A DNA stretch of 64,000 nt from Lama glama (Eukaryota): positions 10,728,001 to 10,792,000 of the forward strand of contig CM052832.1 in NCBI GenBank assembly GCA_028534125.1, read 5' to 3'. Shown piece after piece: positions 37,957 through 49,255 of this stretch. Position 1 is the stretch's first letter. Every line of letters starts with the position of its first letter. A model generated the notes under the pieces. The model searched no databases. It saw nothing but the letters and a program-made list of their open reading frames with translations, and had not been told where the DNA came from. Position numbers and translations under genes: made by a program.

Positions 37957-38443
37957 TAGGCACACCTTGGAGATATTTTGGGTTGGGTTGCAGACCATGA
38001 CAATAAAGTAAATATTGCAATAAAGTGAGCCACATGAGTTTTTGTTTTCCCAGTGAATATATAAGTTATGCTTACACCATACTGTAGTCTAATAAGTGTG
38101 CAATAGCATTGTCTAAAACAAACAATGCACATACTTTAATTTAAAAATGCTTTATTGCTAAAAAATGCCAACTATCATCTGAGCCTTCAGTGAGTCATAG
38201 CAGTAACATCAAGATCACTGATCACAGACATCATAACATGTAATAGTGAAAAAGTTTGAAATGTTGTGAGCATTACCAAAATGTGACACAGAGACATGAA
38301 GTGAGCAAATGCTGTTAGAAAAATGTCACCTGTAGACTTCCTTGATGCAGTGTTGCCCCAAATCTTCAATTTGTTAAAAAAAAAACACACACAATATCTG
38401 CAAATTGCAATAAAGTGAAGCACCGTAAAACAAGGTGTGCTTG
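37957..38443 (-). mobile_element. Tigger1 internal-deletion derivative (Tigger1a-type) with TIRs and TA TSD
   Basis: TA at 37955-37956, then (T)AGGCACACCTTGGAGATATT ... CAAGGTGTGCTTG, then TA at 38444-38445. Both Tigger1 ends are joined without a transposase. Confidence 0.88.
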
Positions 38444-39681
38444 TAAATGGAAGCATCAGACACCTTGGGGGTAAAAAGCAGATAACAATGCTGACTTCTC
38501 CTTGTTGTGGTCTTGAAGATTAGAAGCGAAGCAGCATGGAAAACTCTCCAAAAAGCGCAGACACATAGTAAGTGTTCAACGAATACAAATTATTAGTTAT
38601 TATTATTGTTATTAGCCATAGTGGTAGTAGTGAGGGTAATAGTGAGAGGAAGACCATTGTCTTGTCTGCCACCCTGGGAGAGCAAAGAGAAGAGGAAGAT
38701 TAGATACGGAATTCAGTCTCTAAGAAGATGGAGTTCCAAAGTTCAGAGAAAAAGTCAGTCTGAGTCCATAGCCAGATAATAGTGACAACAATCGCTAGCC
38801 AGCAGTCTCGCCAGCCTGCTGTGGGTTTGACACGGAGCTGTGCAGGCAGTAAATATCTCATTTAATTCTCCTAGACATACCAGGAAGTATGGCTGAGAGT
38901 ATTAAAACCTAAGAGCACGTACGTGCCCAGAAAGAGGCAGGACCGACCTGAACCCAGGCCTCTGGCGTCAGTGCCTGAACTCAGCACCGTCGCCGTGCTG
39001 CCCCTCCCCCAACAGCAAATCCAGCTCCAGAGAAATAGGAGGCTCCAAGGAAGAAGCTGTAGGGCTTTAGAAAATGAATTGTCTTCGTAAGATAGGAGAG
39101 ACACTAGCAGGCTGCACAGTGGCTCTCTGACGTGCACACCTTCGACAGGGTGAGTTAAACTGAGTTTTCTCCAAACCCCAGGAGGTGAGAACTACCATGA
39201 TTCCACTTCCCATATAAGAAACTTGCTCAAGGTGTTACACGGAGAGTAAGTAGCAGAGATGGAACTCGAATCCAGGCAACCTGGGAAGGAAAAGACCAAT
39301 ACTCAGGGACGGCACCAAGGCCAGTAGAGACACATCATGCTGCTCTGCATGAGTTCTGGTCCCCAGGCCCCGAGGGTCACATTCCAGGACTGAAAGACGC
39401 TAAATGAAGTCCCCAAACCCGTGGGAGTGGGCCTGAGACAACATGGACAGAGAAGTGCCCAAGATGGGAAAAGGGTAGACAATCTGCTTTTGAAGATCAG
39501 ACCTCCATAAAGCATAGGATGCTCGGCTGGGCATGGGCACTCCAAACTTTAAAAAGGATTGCTCAACAGACAGCTGTAAGCCCTCGGAAAAGAATGACAG
39601 GACCCAACATCGGTTCCCAAGGGGTAAATCCTGCCCAAGCATTGATCTGTCTTCAGGGTACATCATGAACCAGTTGTTCTT

Positions 39682-40279
39682 CTTTATTTTTTTTAATAAG
39701 ATATTGAATATAGTTCCCTGTGCTATACAGTAGGTCCTTGTTGTTTATCTATTTCATATATAATAATGTGTATGTGTTAATCCCGAACTCCTAATTTATC
39801 CCCCCCATGCTTTCCCCTTTGGTAACCATAAGTTTGTTTTCTATGTCTGTGAGTCTATTTCTATTTTGTAAATAAGTTCATTTGTATCATTTTTTTAGAG
39901 TCCACATATAAGTGATATCATATGACATTTGTCTTTTTCTGTCTGATTTACTTCACTTAATATGATAATCTCTATATCCATCCACATTGCTGCAAATGGC
40001 ATTACTGCCATTCTTTTTTATGGCCGAGTAGTATTCCATTATATATATACACCACATCTTCTTTATCCATTTCTTTGTCTGTGGGCATTTAGGTTGTTCC
40101 CATGTCTTGTCTATTGTAAAGAGTGCTGCTATGAGCCTTGGGGTGCATGTACATTTTCAATTAGAGTTTTCTCCAGATATATGCTCAGGAGTGGGATTGC
40201 AGGATCATATTGTAGCTATATTTTTAGTTAGTTTTTTTTTTTAAGGAATCTCCACAGAGATTATGTTCTGCATAGTCAG
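39682..40279 (-). mobile_element. 5'-truncated cetartiodactyl-type L1 3' portion with ~12-bp TSD
   Basis: AAGATATTGAATATAGTTCCCTGTGCTATACAGTAGGTCCTTGTTG...CCTTTGGTAACCATAAGTTTG. TSD CCAGTTGTTCTT (39670-39681) and CCAGTAGTTCTT (40280-40291). Confidence 0.85.
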
Positions 40280-40499
40280 CCAGTAGTTCTTTTATTCTGC
40301 CTCTTCATCATCCACAAGGGCTGTGCTCCTCAGTGGCATCCCTCCTGACACGGAATTCTCCCCAAGACCCCACCCTCATGAGTCTCCACAGGGGAAGTGG
40401 ATCCGAACCTCTGGGGTGATGTGTGCTGATGGAAAACGTCCTAGGAGTTCCCACTGGCTGTAACTCACTGCCATAAACAGAGCATATCACAAGTGTAAA

Positions 40500-41139
40500 G
40501 GACACATGACAAAATCTCACCCTGTGCTTGGGACAAAATGGAGGCGTGTGAACTGGTGAAGTGGACTTATAACTGGTCGCATAAGCAGATTGCTTAACAA
40601 ATTGATGTGAACATGCAAGAAAGCCTCTGGCTCGTGCCTCCACATCTGCCCCCATTCTGTACTGCTCAGTATGTTTTCTTATTGACACGGGTAATGACAC
40701 AGAAAGTATGTGTTCTTTTTGGTTCAAAAACTCAGTTGCATGAGTTCAGGGTGATGAAAATCTGGCTCAGCTGGAATTTTGTGTGGCATAGGCTCAGAGT
40801 TTTAGTTGATCTCAAGGACATCATGGCCGCAAAGTTACAGAGCTGCTGAAAGACCCCTGTAATTTGGGGTCTTGTTAACAGAAGTGCTCAGATCGTGGAA
40901 GGTTATGGTTTTAATCACTGAATCATGCAAGCTGGTTAGAGCAGAGCTGTAATATGTTTACTACAGGATGACACAGTCTTAAGAGGTATTTTTACCAATT
41001 GCAACTTATCCAGAGATCTGTTGATGAGAACGGGGTTCTGGAATCTTGTGTGAGATGGCCAGAGGTTACCTTGGAGATGACAGGATTTGGGAAAGATGCC
41101 ATATATGCCTTAATTTATTCAAAGAACTTATGAGTAGAA

Positions 41140-41180
<41 letters not shown>

Positions 41181-41580
41181 AGGCATTGGCCCATTACAAT
41201 AAAACATTCCAACAGTCAGCGGCTTTTTACATACCTCTCTCCTTGCTCTGCATCTGACTGTGAAATGATTTGGCTTTGCGTCTTTCTTCCTCTCTAGCAT
41301 GTGCTATCTGTGCGTACTCATCTCTGTACTCCCAGCTCCTAGTAAGTCCTGGCCCACTATAGCTATTGAGCCAACAGTTGGGGAACTGAACAGAATGGAA
41401 ATGAGCATCATCGGCTGCCCAACAGCAGAATAGGCAGGAGTTGCCATGAGGTGGTGAGCTGCCCAGCCCAGGAGGGTTCAAGCAGAACCTGGCTGGCTCC
41501 ATGCCAGGGATGCTAGATGGGCAGCTTGACTGTAACATTTGACTTAAATAATCTCACCCTGATATTCTGTGACTGTGTAA
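40500..41580 (+). mobile_element. CR1/L3 LINE remnant, interrupted by (CA)n at ~41146-41178
   Basis: GAGTTTTAGTTGATC...; 3' motif GAGGTGGTGAGCTGCCCAGCCCAGGAGGGTTCAAGCAGAACCTGG...CAGGGATGCT. Confidence 0.6.
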
Positions 41581-43721
41581 GACAGATCCCATGATCAAGG
41601 CAATGTGGTTAGCACAGTTGCAAAATCCACCTGCTTTTGCCAGCTGGGGCCAAATGGCACCTTGCCTCCCAAGGTTAGGGTGCCCTGTCTCATAGGGGTT
41701 TGAGCCCCAAGGCCTGAAGTCACAGACAGAGACCTTGGCACAGGCTCAGATTGTCCAACCAGATTGGACATGTCATTGACTGGTCACCATGGACCCGATC
41801 CAAGGGCCCACAGAAGCCCTGGGGGCTGTGAGCTGTGTCTGCAACATCAGGTTCTGTTCTACATACAAGGAAGGGGGAGCAGAGGCATGGGTAGCCCCAA
41901 ACTGTGGGCAACTCAGGATTTGAATTTGGCTATGAAATAGTGTCTCACTTTTCTTAAATCAGATGATTAGCTCCCTAATTATCTAATGGTTCTTGCTGTC
42001 TTCCCAAGGCATGTGCCTTCCCTGAGTACATATGGCTGAGCCCTGCAGGCAGCCCGGGAACACACCGGACACAGACAGTCCACAAGTGGGGCCTTGCCTA
42101 TTTCCTGTGTCACTGGGAAAGGCTGACTCCCCCATCTGTCAGCCCCAGGGCCTGCGCTTTCAGGAAGTGGCTAGCATGAGTGGGGGCAGTGTCAGACATG
42201 GGGAGAGGAGTCAGTGAGGTGAAGACGAAGGGTGGTGACAGGGGAGTCAGAAAGAAGGGGACCCCCCTCCCCTCCCCCCAGAGAAAGCAGCAGCCCCTCC
42301 CAGCTCTGCATCATCCCTGGTGTGACATGGAAAGTTAAGCGCTCTGCATGTCATTATCAGCCCAAGTGACATTCACAAACACTTGTCTCCAAGAGTCATC
42401 AAGAACATCTGTGACTGGGCATGATGTTGGAACAGTCCCCAGGAGGGCCAGGGGAAACAGCTAGCATACTTCTAAAGCACAGTGTGGAATTAGCCAGGAT
42501 GCAGCCTTGTCTTCCTGCAGCGTATTCTCCTCCCAACATCTCCCCGTAGGGAAAGTGAGGGATTAGGAGGCGAGACACCCTGAAGGTGGGGGAAGAGAGC
42601 AGCCATTCTGTGTCCCTCCCCGCCTACTCTATCTGCAGACCCCCGTTTCCATGCCATATTCTGCCATGATTGTCACACTTACTGCCCATCTTGGGAGAGA
42701 CTGGACCACTCCACTGAGTTTTGCAGGGGTAGGGGTGGGGCATTTTTTTTTTACTGTTGCTCTAATAAGAGGGCAGATTTGGCAAGTTTCCACCCCATCA
42801 GGATCTTATGAATCAACACCTCAGTGGAGATCAGCCCCCTCCCCATGAAGATGCAGCTGTCTCCACCAGAGGGTGGAGGGAAATTTACTAATGAACTGGG
42901 ATCTTGGGGACATGGGGAGAAGCTGCTAGGGACAGGTGCTTCCTAAAGGGAGGGGGCACGCCAGGGACAAGACCTGTCACCTATGCAGGGGGAAGCTTCT
43001 TTGACTCAGCTGCTTCCCCAGACAGCTCAGCTTCTACTGAGGACTGGGCCCCCACAGGCAGAGGGGAAAAGATGTAAAGGAGGAAATTGGGAAGAGTGGG
43101 GGAGGAAGATCCCCTGCAAGTTCCTGGTCAGAGCCAAAATCAGCCTGCCTTGGATTTTATATCTTTCTAAATTTCTTTTACATTGTTTGACTATTGAAAT
43201 CTGACATCCACAAGTGGAGAGGGAAGGACAAAGATTATACCCATTTTATTGGTGGTGAAACTAAGTTTTTAATGAATCAAGCAGATTTCCCAAGATTCCA
43301 CAAAGCAAAGACTAGAAAGGTGGTCTCCTGTGTCCAATGCCAGGTACCATGCTGTGGGGCACATCTCACTAATATCCCACAGAGTTTTCTTTAAGACTGG
43401 AGAGTTGGGCTGAGGGACACCAGCTGTAACTTCTCTTTCTGAGAAGGATGGGGTACCTTTCTGGGAGTCTGTTGAGATTTTTCTCTTTCAGCTTTAGTTG
43501 CTTCCCCATTTCTAAGGTCTAGCCATGTTGGAGCAAAGAGGGAACGGGATGCCAGTAAGAACCTTGGGTCCTACTTGGAAATAGCCAGCTGGAACCAGCT
43601 AGCAGAAAATATGGGTAAGGTGAGGATTTCTGAGTTCTATGCCTCACCGGGCGAGCCACTGTGAACTGACAAAGTTGCTAGAGGCATCACAGAGAAAAGT
43701 GAGTCTGGAGTCAGAAGTCCA

Positions 43722-44100
43722 GGGTAGAAATTAGGATGAAAAGAAAACTCAACCTAATGAGACTTAAATTCAGAAGGGTTTCTGTCTCTTGTGTAAAAGA
43801 AGTTCAGTGGAAGAGAGTTTGAGTCTGGTTTTCTGGGCAACACGGCCACCGGGGGCCTAGCTCCTACCTTTCTGTTCTGCCATCCTTAGCACACAGTTTC
43901 TGTCCTTAAGGTCCCCTCATGGTGCAAAATGGCTGCTGGCACTGTAGCTATCACACCTCCTTTCTACACCGCAGGAAACATAAAAAGCAGAAGGGCAAGA
44001 GGGCAAAGGGGAGGAAGTTCTCAGAAGCTCCACTCAATAACTTCTGCTTCTATCTCTTTGGCCACACCTAACTGCAAAGGAGGCTGGGAAATGAATTTTT
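43722..44100 (-). mobile_element. MLT1J/K-like LTR
   Basis: TTCTGTTCTGCCATCCTTAGC...CAAAATGGCTGCTG...TGGCCACACCTAACTGCAAAGGAGGCTGGGAAATG. Confidence 0.75.
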
Positions 44101-46023
44101 TTTCAAGATAGGCATAATACACTGCCAGTAATAGACGATAAAGAGGCAGCCAGCACTTCTAGAACCTGAGCTTGCACCCCACCTCTACCATTTACTGGTC
44201 CTAAGGACCATGGGCAAATCACTGCACTGCTCTCCATCTCTATTTTCTTGTCTGTAAAATGGGAACAGAGATTGCCTTCTGCATATTTCATATAGATAGT
44301 GGTGTGAACTGAAGGAGATCACATATTCGAAAGTGCATCTTTCACAGTCAACTATGAAGTTCTGGATACATGCCAGTGCTTACTGTTGTTAGGAGCCTGC
44401 CCACTTTCCCTTCTTGGCCCCCTCTTCTTGTCCCTGTTCTCCAGGCTTCTTCTTGGGGCTCCATTCTTTAAAACCTTACTCCAAGAGAGTGGTAAACTGG
44501 GAAAACAATCTGATAGAGTTTTAGGAGATCAAGGTATAAGGTGTCACCCCTTTCAGAACTCTTCATAGTTCAATTGGAAACTCTGAAAGACCCGATCGAG
44601 TGAACCTCTAATGGTGGAAATTTCAAAACCCACAGCAGTTCTGTGCATAGGAGAGACTTCAAGCCTGCCTTCCAAAAGTGTCTCAAATCATGTCACTACT
44701 TTCTCATCCTGCCCCTCTTGCTCTGTACAAGAAGATGACACCACTCAGATTCAAAAACCTTCAGGACATCTGTTCAGAGGAGACTGCATTCTCTACTTGT
44801 CATTCCCTCTTTGGTCTCAGAAAGTTCTGTCTGAAGACATGTCTGGAGATAGAAATAATTAGCAGGAGTAAAGGGCTTATGATGTGCATCCAGTCTGCCT
44901 TTCTTTCAGAATGTGACTTTTTCCCCCTTCTAGTAAGGGGAAACCAGGGAACCAGACCCTTGTTAATTTTATACACATTTGGTTGTTTTGGGGGTGAGGG
45001 TGGGGATATTATTTATTTCTCCCAGGGAAACCACCAAAGAAGGTTTACAGAGGGAGGGGTTAAGCCAGGAGGAGTGCCTGGGACTTGGGGATCGTGCTGG
45101 TGGTGGCAGTCATTAGAATAACCCCAAACACAAACACTCGTCTGACAACTAGACTTTCCCCAAGCGTGTTCATGCAGCCAGCTCCTTTCAGCCTCATAAC
45201 AGTGCAAGGGGAGCCTGGGGTGGAGAAGGCATGAAACCCAGGCATTCTGACAGCGAGCCTGAGGTTTCCCACCACCCCAGGGTTCCCCAAGCCTGGCTGT
45301 GCACTGGAATCCATGCGGGGCTGTATCCTCTCCCCAAGAGATCCCTGAGTCAGTTTGGGGTGGGGCCCAAGCATCCACGTTTTTAAATCTCCCCTAATGA
45401 CTCTGATGTGCCCTCAGCGTCATGCCTTTGTGCCCAGTGAAGTCAGTGGTACAGGCAGAACTGGGGGACGGAGCTGCTATAAATCCCACAGCTGGGGCTT
45501 GCTCTCTGAACTTCTGGTGAGGGAAGAAGTCAGGAAACCTTCAGGAGACCTGGGTTCCAATCCCAGCTCTACCAAACCCTAGTCATCTCATGTCTCTGAG
45601 ACCTTGCTTCATCTATGACGTGGAAATATAAACTCCTTCAAGTGGGGTGACTCCAAAGAGATTAGTATGTGAAACACTTAGTTGTTTTAGTTGTTGGAGT
45701 CATTTTTCTTACCCTTCGGCTGAGCCTGAGTGATTTATACTAGGAAGATGGAATCAGGGGCTCCAAACATAGGCTCTTATCTCCCCTCTCTTTCCTTCTC
45801 TGAGCCTCAGGCTTCTCATCTACAGAATGGGGATGATAATAACTGCCCTGTCTGTGTCACAAGGTTGCTGTGAAATAGGAAAAGATGTCAGGCCTGAAAG
45901 AAGAGAATCTTCAGAAAATGTGAAGCGCCTCTAGGAGCAGAGATTTGACGACAGTGGTTTAAACAAATTGGGGGTTTGTTTCTGTCATGTAATGGAATTC
46001 CAGAGGGATGTAGTTTGGAGCTG

Positions 46024-46481
46024 GTGTGGGAGTTCCATGGGATTTGGGGGCCGAGGCTCCTTCTCTGGTCAATTGCACTCTTTTAACATGTGGCTTACTG
46101 CTCCTGTGCTGGCTGACACTTCTCCTGGAACTTCCTCCGGCCTGCGCAGCCCACTGCGAAGGCAGGCTGAAGTGCAGGGCAGTGGACATTCCCAGGAGCA
46201 GTCCCAGCCTGTGACAGAGGGAGCTGGAGGATTAATACCCCAGCTTCCTCTCACAGGGGTCAGGGGGAGGCAGGAGGACAGCTGAGCTATGCTCCATGTT
46301 CTCTCCCAGGGGGCGCCAGCAGGACTGAGCCTGGATTGCTCACAGTGGTAACTTGCTTAGTGAAACACCTGTTATGGACTTTCTTCTCCACTCCAAAGAG
46401 TCATGGGCCCACCTCCCAAATGTACTACTGGCACTCAGATCCTTGTCTCAGGGTCTGCTTCCCAGGAAGCCAAACTGAGAC
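46024..46481 (+). mobile_element. LTR16-like ERVL LTR
   Basis: Ends CACCTCCCAAATGTACTACTGGCACTCAGATCCTTGTCTCAGGGTCTGCTTCCCAGGAAGCCAAACTGAGACA. Confidence 0.75.
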
Positions 46482-47659
46482 AGGCACCAACCTTCCGGAT
46501 GAGTCAGCCCCTTTAAAGAGCCCCCAGATGTTCCACCCAACTCCTTCCATCGCATTGTATTTCCTCAATTCGCATTGCAGGCTAAGAAAGTTGGTCAGTT
46601 GTTCAGGCACGTTGCTTTCCCAGACAAAACGGGGGCCCTGCTGGGGAGTTAGGAGAGGAGGATGGAGGATGGGCAGGTATGCAACCGCCACGGAGCTGTA
46701 TGGATGAAAGCATCAGTGTCGTTAACGTTTCTTGGCACCTGCCCACAAAATCCCAGGAAGCAATAGCCGGAGTGTGGCGGAGGCCAGCCTGGGAAGGAAA
46801 ATGAGCTGGGCTGCTTTTCTACCTCGCTGTGAGTGTTCTTTTCTCATCTCTAGATACACCGAGACAGAGAGGGAAGCTGAGAGGGATGTCTGAGTTCTTG
46901 CCAATTAGGCCTGTGGTCTGGCATGTGCATGCGTGATGAGAGTGGGCACCCTGTGGGTGGCAGAAGGTTTCCAGACATGAAGTCAAATTAATGCCCATCA
47001 TCTTCAGAGCCTCAGACGGTGGGGGTGGGGGTAAGCGGGCAGAATCACACAAAACCACAGACTGTGATGTGCCAGGGTGAAAGCAGGGCCACGGAGATGT
47101 GCAATGTGGATACACGAGCTCATTAACTATTTACAAAGGAGAGCTATTTCTAGCTGGGGTGGGCTCCAAAGATGGGCTCCGACTTGTGCTGTGGCCACGG
47201 GCTGAGGCTGTGGGTGGGAGAACTGGCCCAGATGTGGGAACTAACTTCTATTGCATCGTAAAGAAGGTGCCTGTTCGGAAATTAAACATCTCACGGAACT
47301 ATTAAGCACTTAACCTTCTAACCAGGTAATTAGTTAGTGATGATAGTAAGTTAAGGGACTTTTCAGTTTAGTAATTAGATAACTAAAAGGTGAAAAGGTA
47401 AGTGAATTGCTTGGTGAACGTGATCCATTTGAGCTTTTTCAGGAGCTAACAGAGTGCATTCTCGTGCCTGGGTTGGGAGGGGTTCTGGGAGCAGATGGAG
47501 TGGGGTACAGGCTGCCTCCTGGGGAGTAGGTGGAGTTTAGAAGGAAGAGGGGAAGGGATAGCTGTTTTAACTATGAAGAAAGAGGCGGAGGCAGGACTGA
47601 ATCAAGCAGATCAATCAAGGAATGATCAGGCCTGGCCAAGGACCCCTGAGGGCCCAGAG

Positions 47660-48100
47660 CCACCACAATGATGCTGCATGGCAAACAAACTCAAAATCTG
47701 GGTGCCTTTCAACCACTTGTATTTAATTTTCTTACCAGTGGGTCTGCAGGTTGGTCGGAGGTCACTTGGTCTCAGCTGGGCTGGGCCCCAGGCTCCAGGC
47801 CTGGTTTAGATCTTCCCTATGTAGCTCATTCTGGAGCCCACGTAGGGGGCAGTGGACATCCAGGGGATGTTCTTCTCACAGTAATAGCAAAAATGCATGA
47901 GGGCAGGTGAAGAAGCAAATGTCAAGCCTCTGCTGGCATCACACCTGCTACATCCCATGGGCCAAAGCGAGTTACAAGGCCAAGCCCAAAGTCAAGGGGC
48001 AGAGCGTGCACTGCACCCGCCATCAGGCTGTGGCAAGGCTCAAGAGGTATCATTTTATTAGAAGAAAGTGAAGAAACAGGCCCAGCAGCTCAATCTACCA
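47660..48100 (-). mobile_element. MLT1H/I-like LTR
   Basis: CAAACAAACTCAAAATCTG...CATGGGCCAAAGCGAGTTACAAGGCCAAGCCCAAAGTCAAGGGG...AATCTACCACA. Confidence 0.7.
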
Positions 48101-48137
48101 CACCTGGCTTACCTGGTGGAAAGGATCTCGCTAGGGC

Positions 48138-48320
48138 AGTGATTCTCAAACTTGAGCACACATCAGATTCACATTTGTTAGCACACCTATATAGGACCCT
48201 ACCCCTTGGAGTTTCTGACTCGGTCTGGAGTAGGGTCTGAGGATATGCAGTTCTAATTCATTCCCCCAGTGATGCTGATACTGTCCATCTGGGGGCCACA
48301 CTTTAAGAGCTTCTGGTCTA
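48138..48320. mobile_element. MER5A hAT MITE
   Basis: CAGTGATTCTCAAACTTGAGC...GAGTTTCTGACTC...GTGATGCTGAT...CCACACTTTAAG. Confidence 0.8.
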
Positions 48321-48739
48321 GGGAAATAATGGGAGGTTTGTTCAGAGAGGATAGAAGAGAGCAGACTGTGGGTGGCCTTGGTTGTCACACACAATAGCTG
48401 TGTTTACTGAGCCTTTATTGCATCCCAGGTATTGTTTTAAAGATGTGCTGTGCATTCCCTTCTCTTATTTGTTACACAAACCCTATGAAGTGTGATATTG
48501 CCATTTGACAGATGGGAGCTCTGAGCCAAAGGGAAGTGATGTGACTTACACGGTCCCCCAGCTTGGAGGTGGTGGAGCTGGGGTTTGTAGCTGGTGCTCT
48601 GTCTTGACTTCAAGCTTTTTTCTGTTGGCAATGGGAGCTAGGATCAAGTTCCAAAGGGAGAAATGATCTGTGGTGGAGAAAACTCTGGATTTGGAACTGT
48701 ATGGTCTAGGTCTTTGACTTTTAGTATATAGATTTTTAT

Positions 48740-49255
48740 TTATTCAATCAATAAATATTTATAGGGTTGTCTGCTTTGGGGTAGAATCTAGTCAAGACCA
48801 TAGGGTTAGAACAAGATAGGCAAAGTCCTTGTCTACAAGGAGCTTACATTCTTATGGAGGAGAGGGATGGAAATTTTAAATGTGCTCTTGGAAGAAAAAT
48901 AAGTAGTGTGAAGGAGACAGAGACTAGGAGCTACTGTTTTATATGGGTGGTCAGAGATGGCCACCCATAAAGAATTACATTGCAACAGAGACCCGAATGG
49001 AGTGAGAGAAAGAACCAGGCAGTGGAAACAGCATGTGCAAAGGCCCTGGGGGTAGGATGCCCTTGTTCTGTCAGAGAAGCAGCAAGACTCCAGTGCATCT
49101 GGAAGAAGGGTGATAGTGAATGAGGTTAGAGGATTGGTTGGGGCTGGATCATGTAGGGCCCCATAGACCCTGGTAAGGCCTTGGATTTTGACTATAGACT
49201 ATAAGGGGTAGGGGTGGAAGCAAGGAGACCAGTTACAGGATGGTTGTAGAGGTCC
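48740..49255 (-). mobile_element. L2 LINE fragment
   Basis: TTCAATCAATAAATATTTAT...GGAGCTTACATTCT...AACAGCATGTGCAAAGGCCCTG. Confidence 0.8.
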
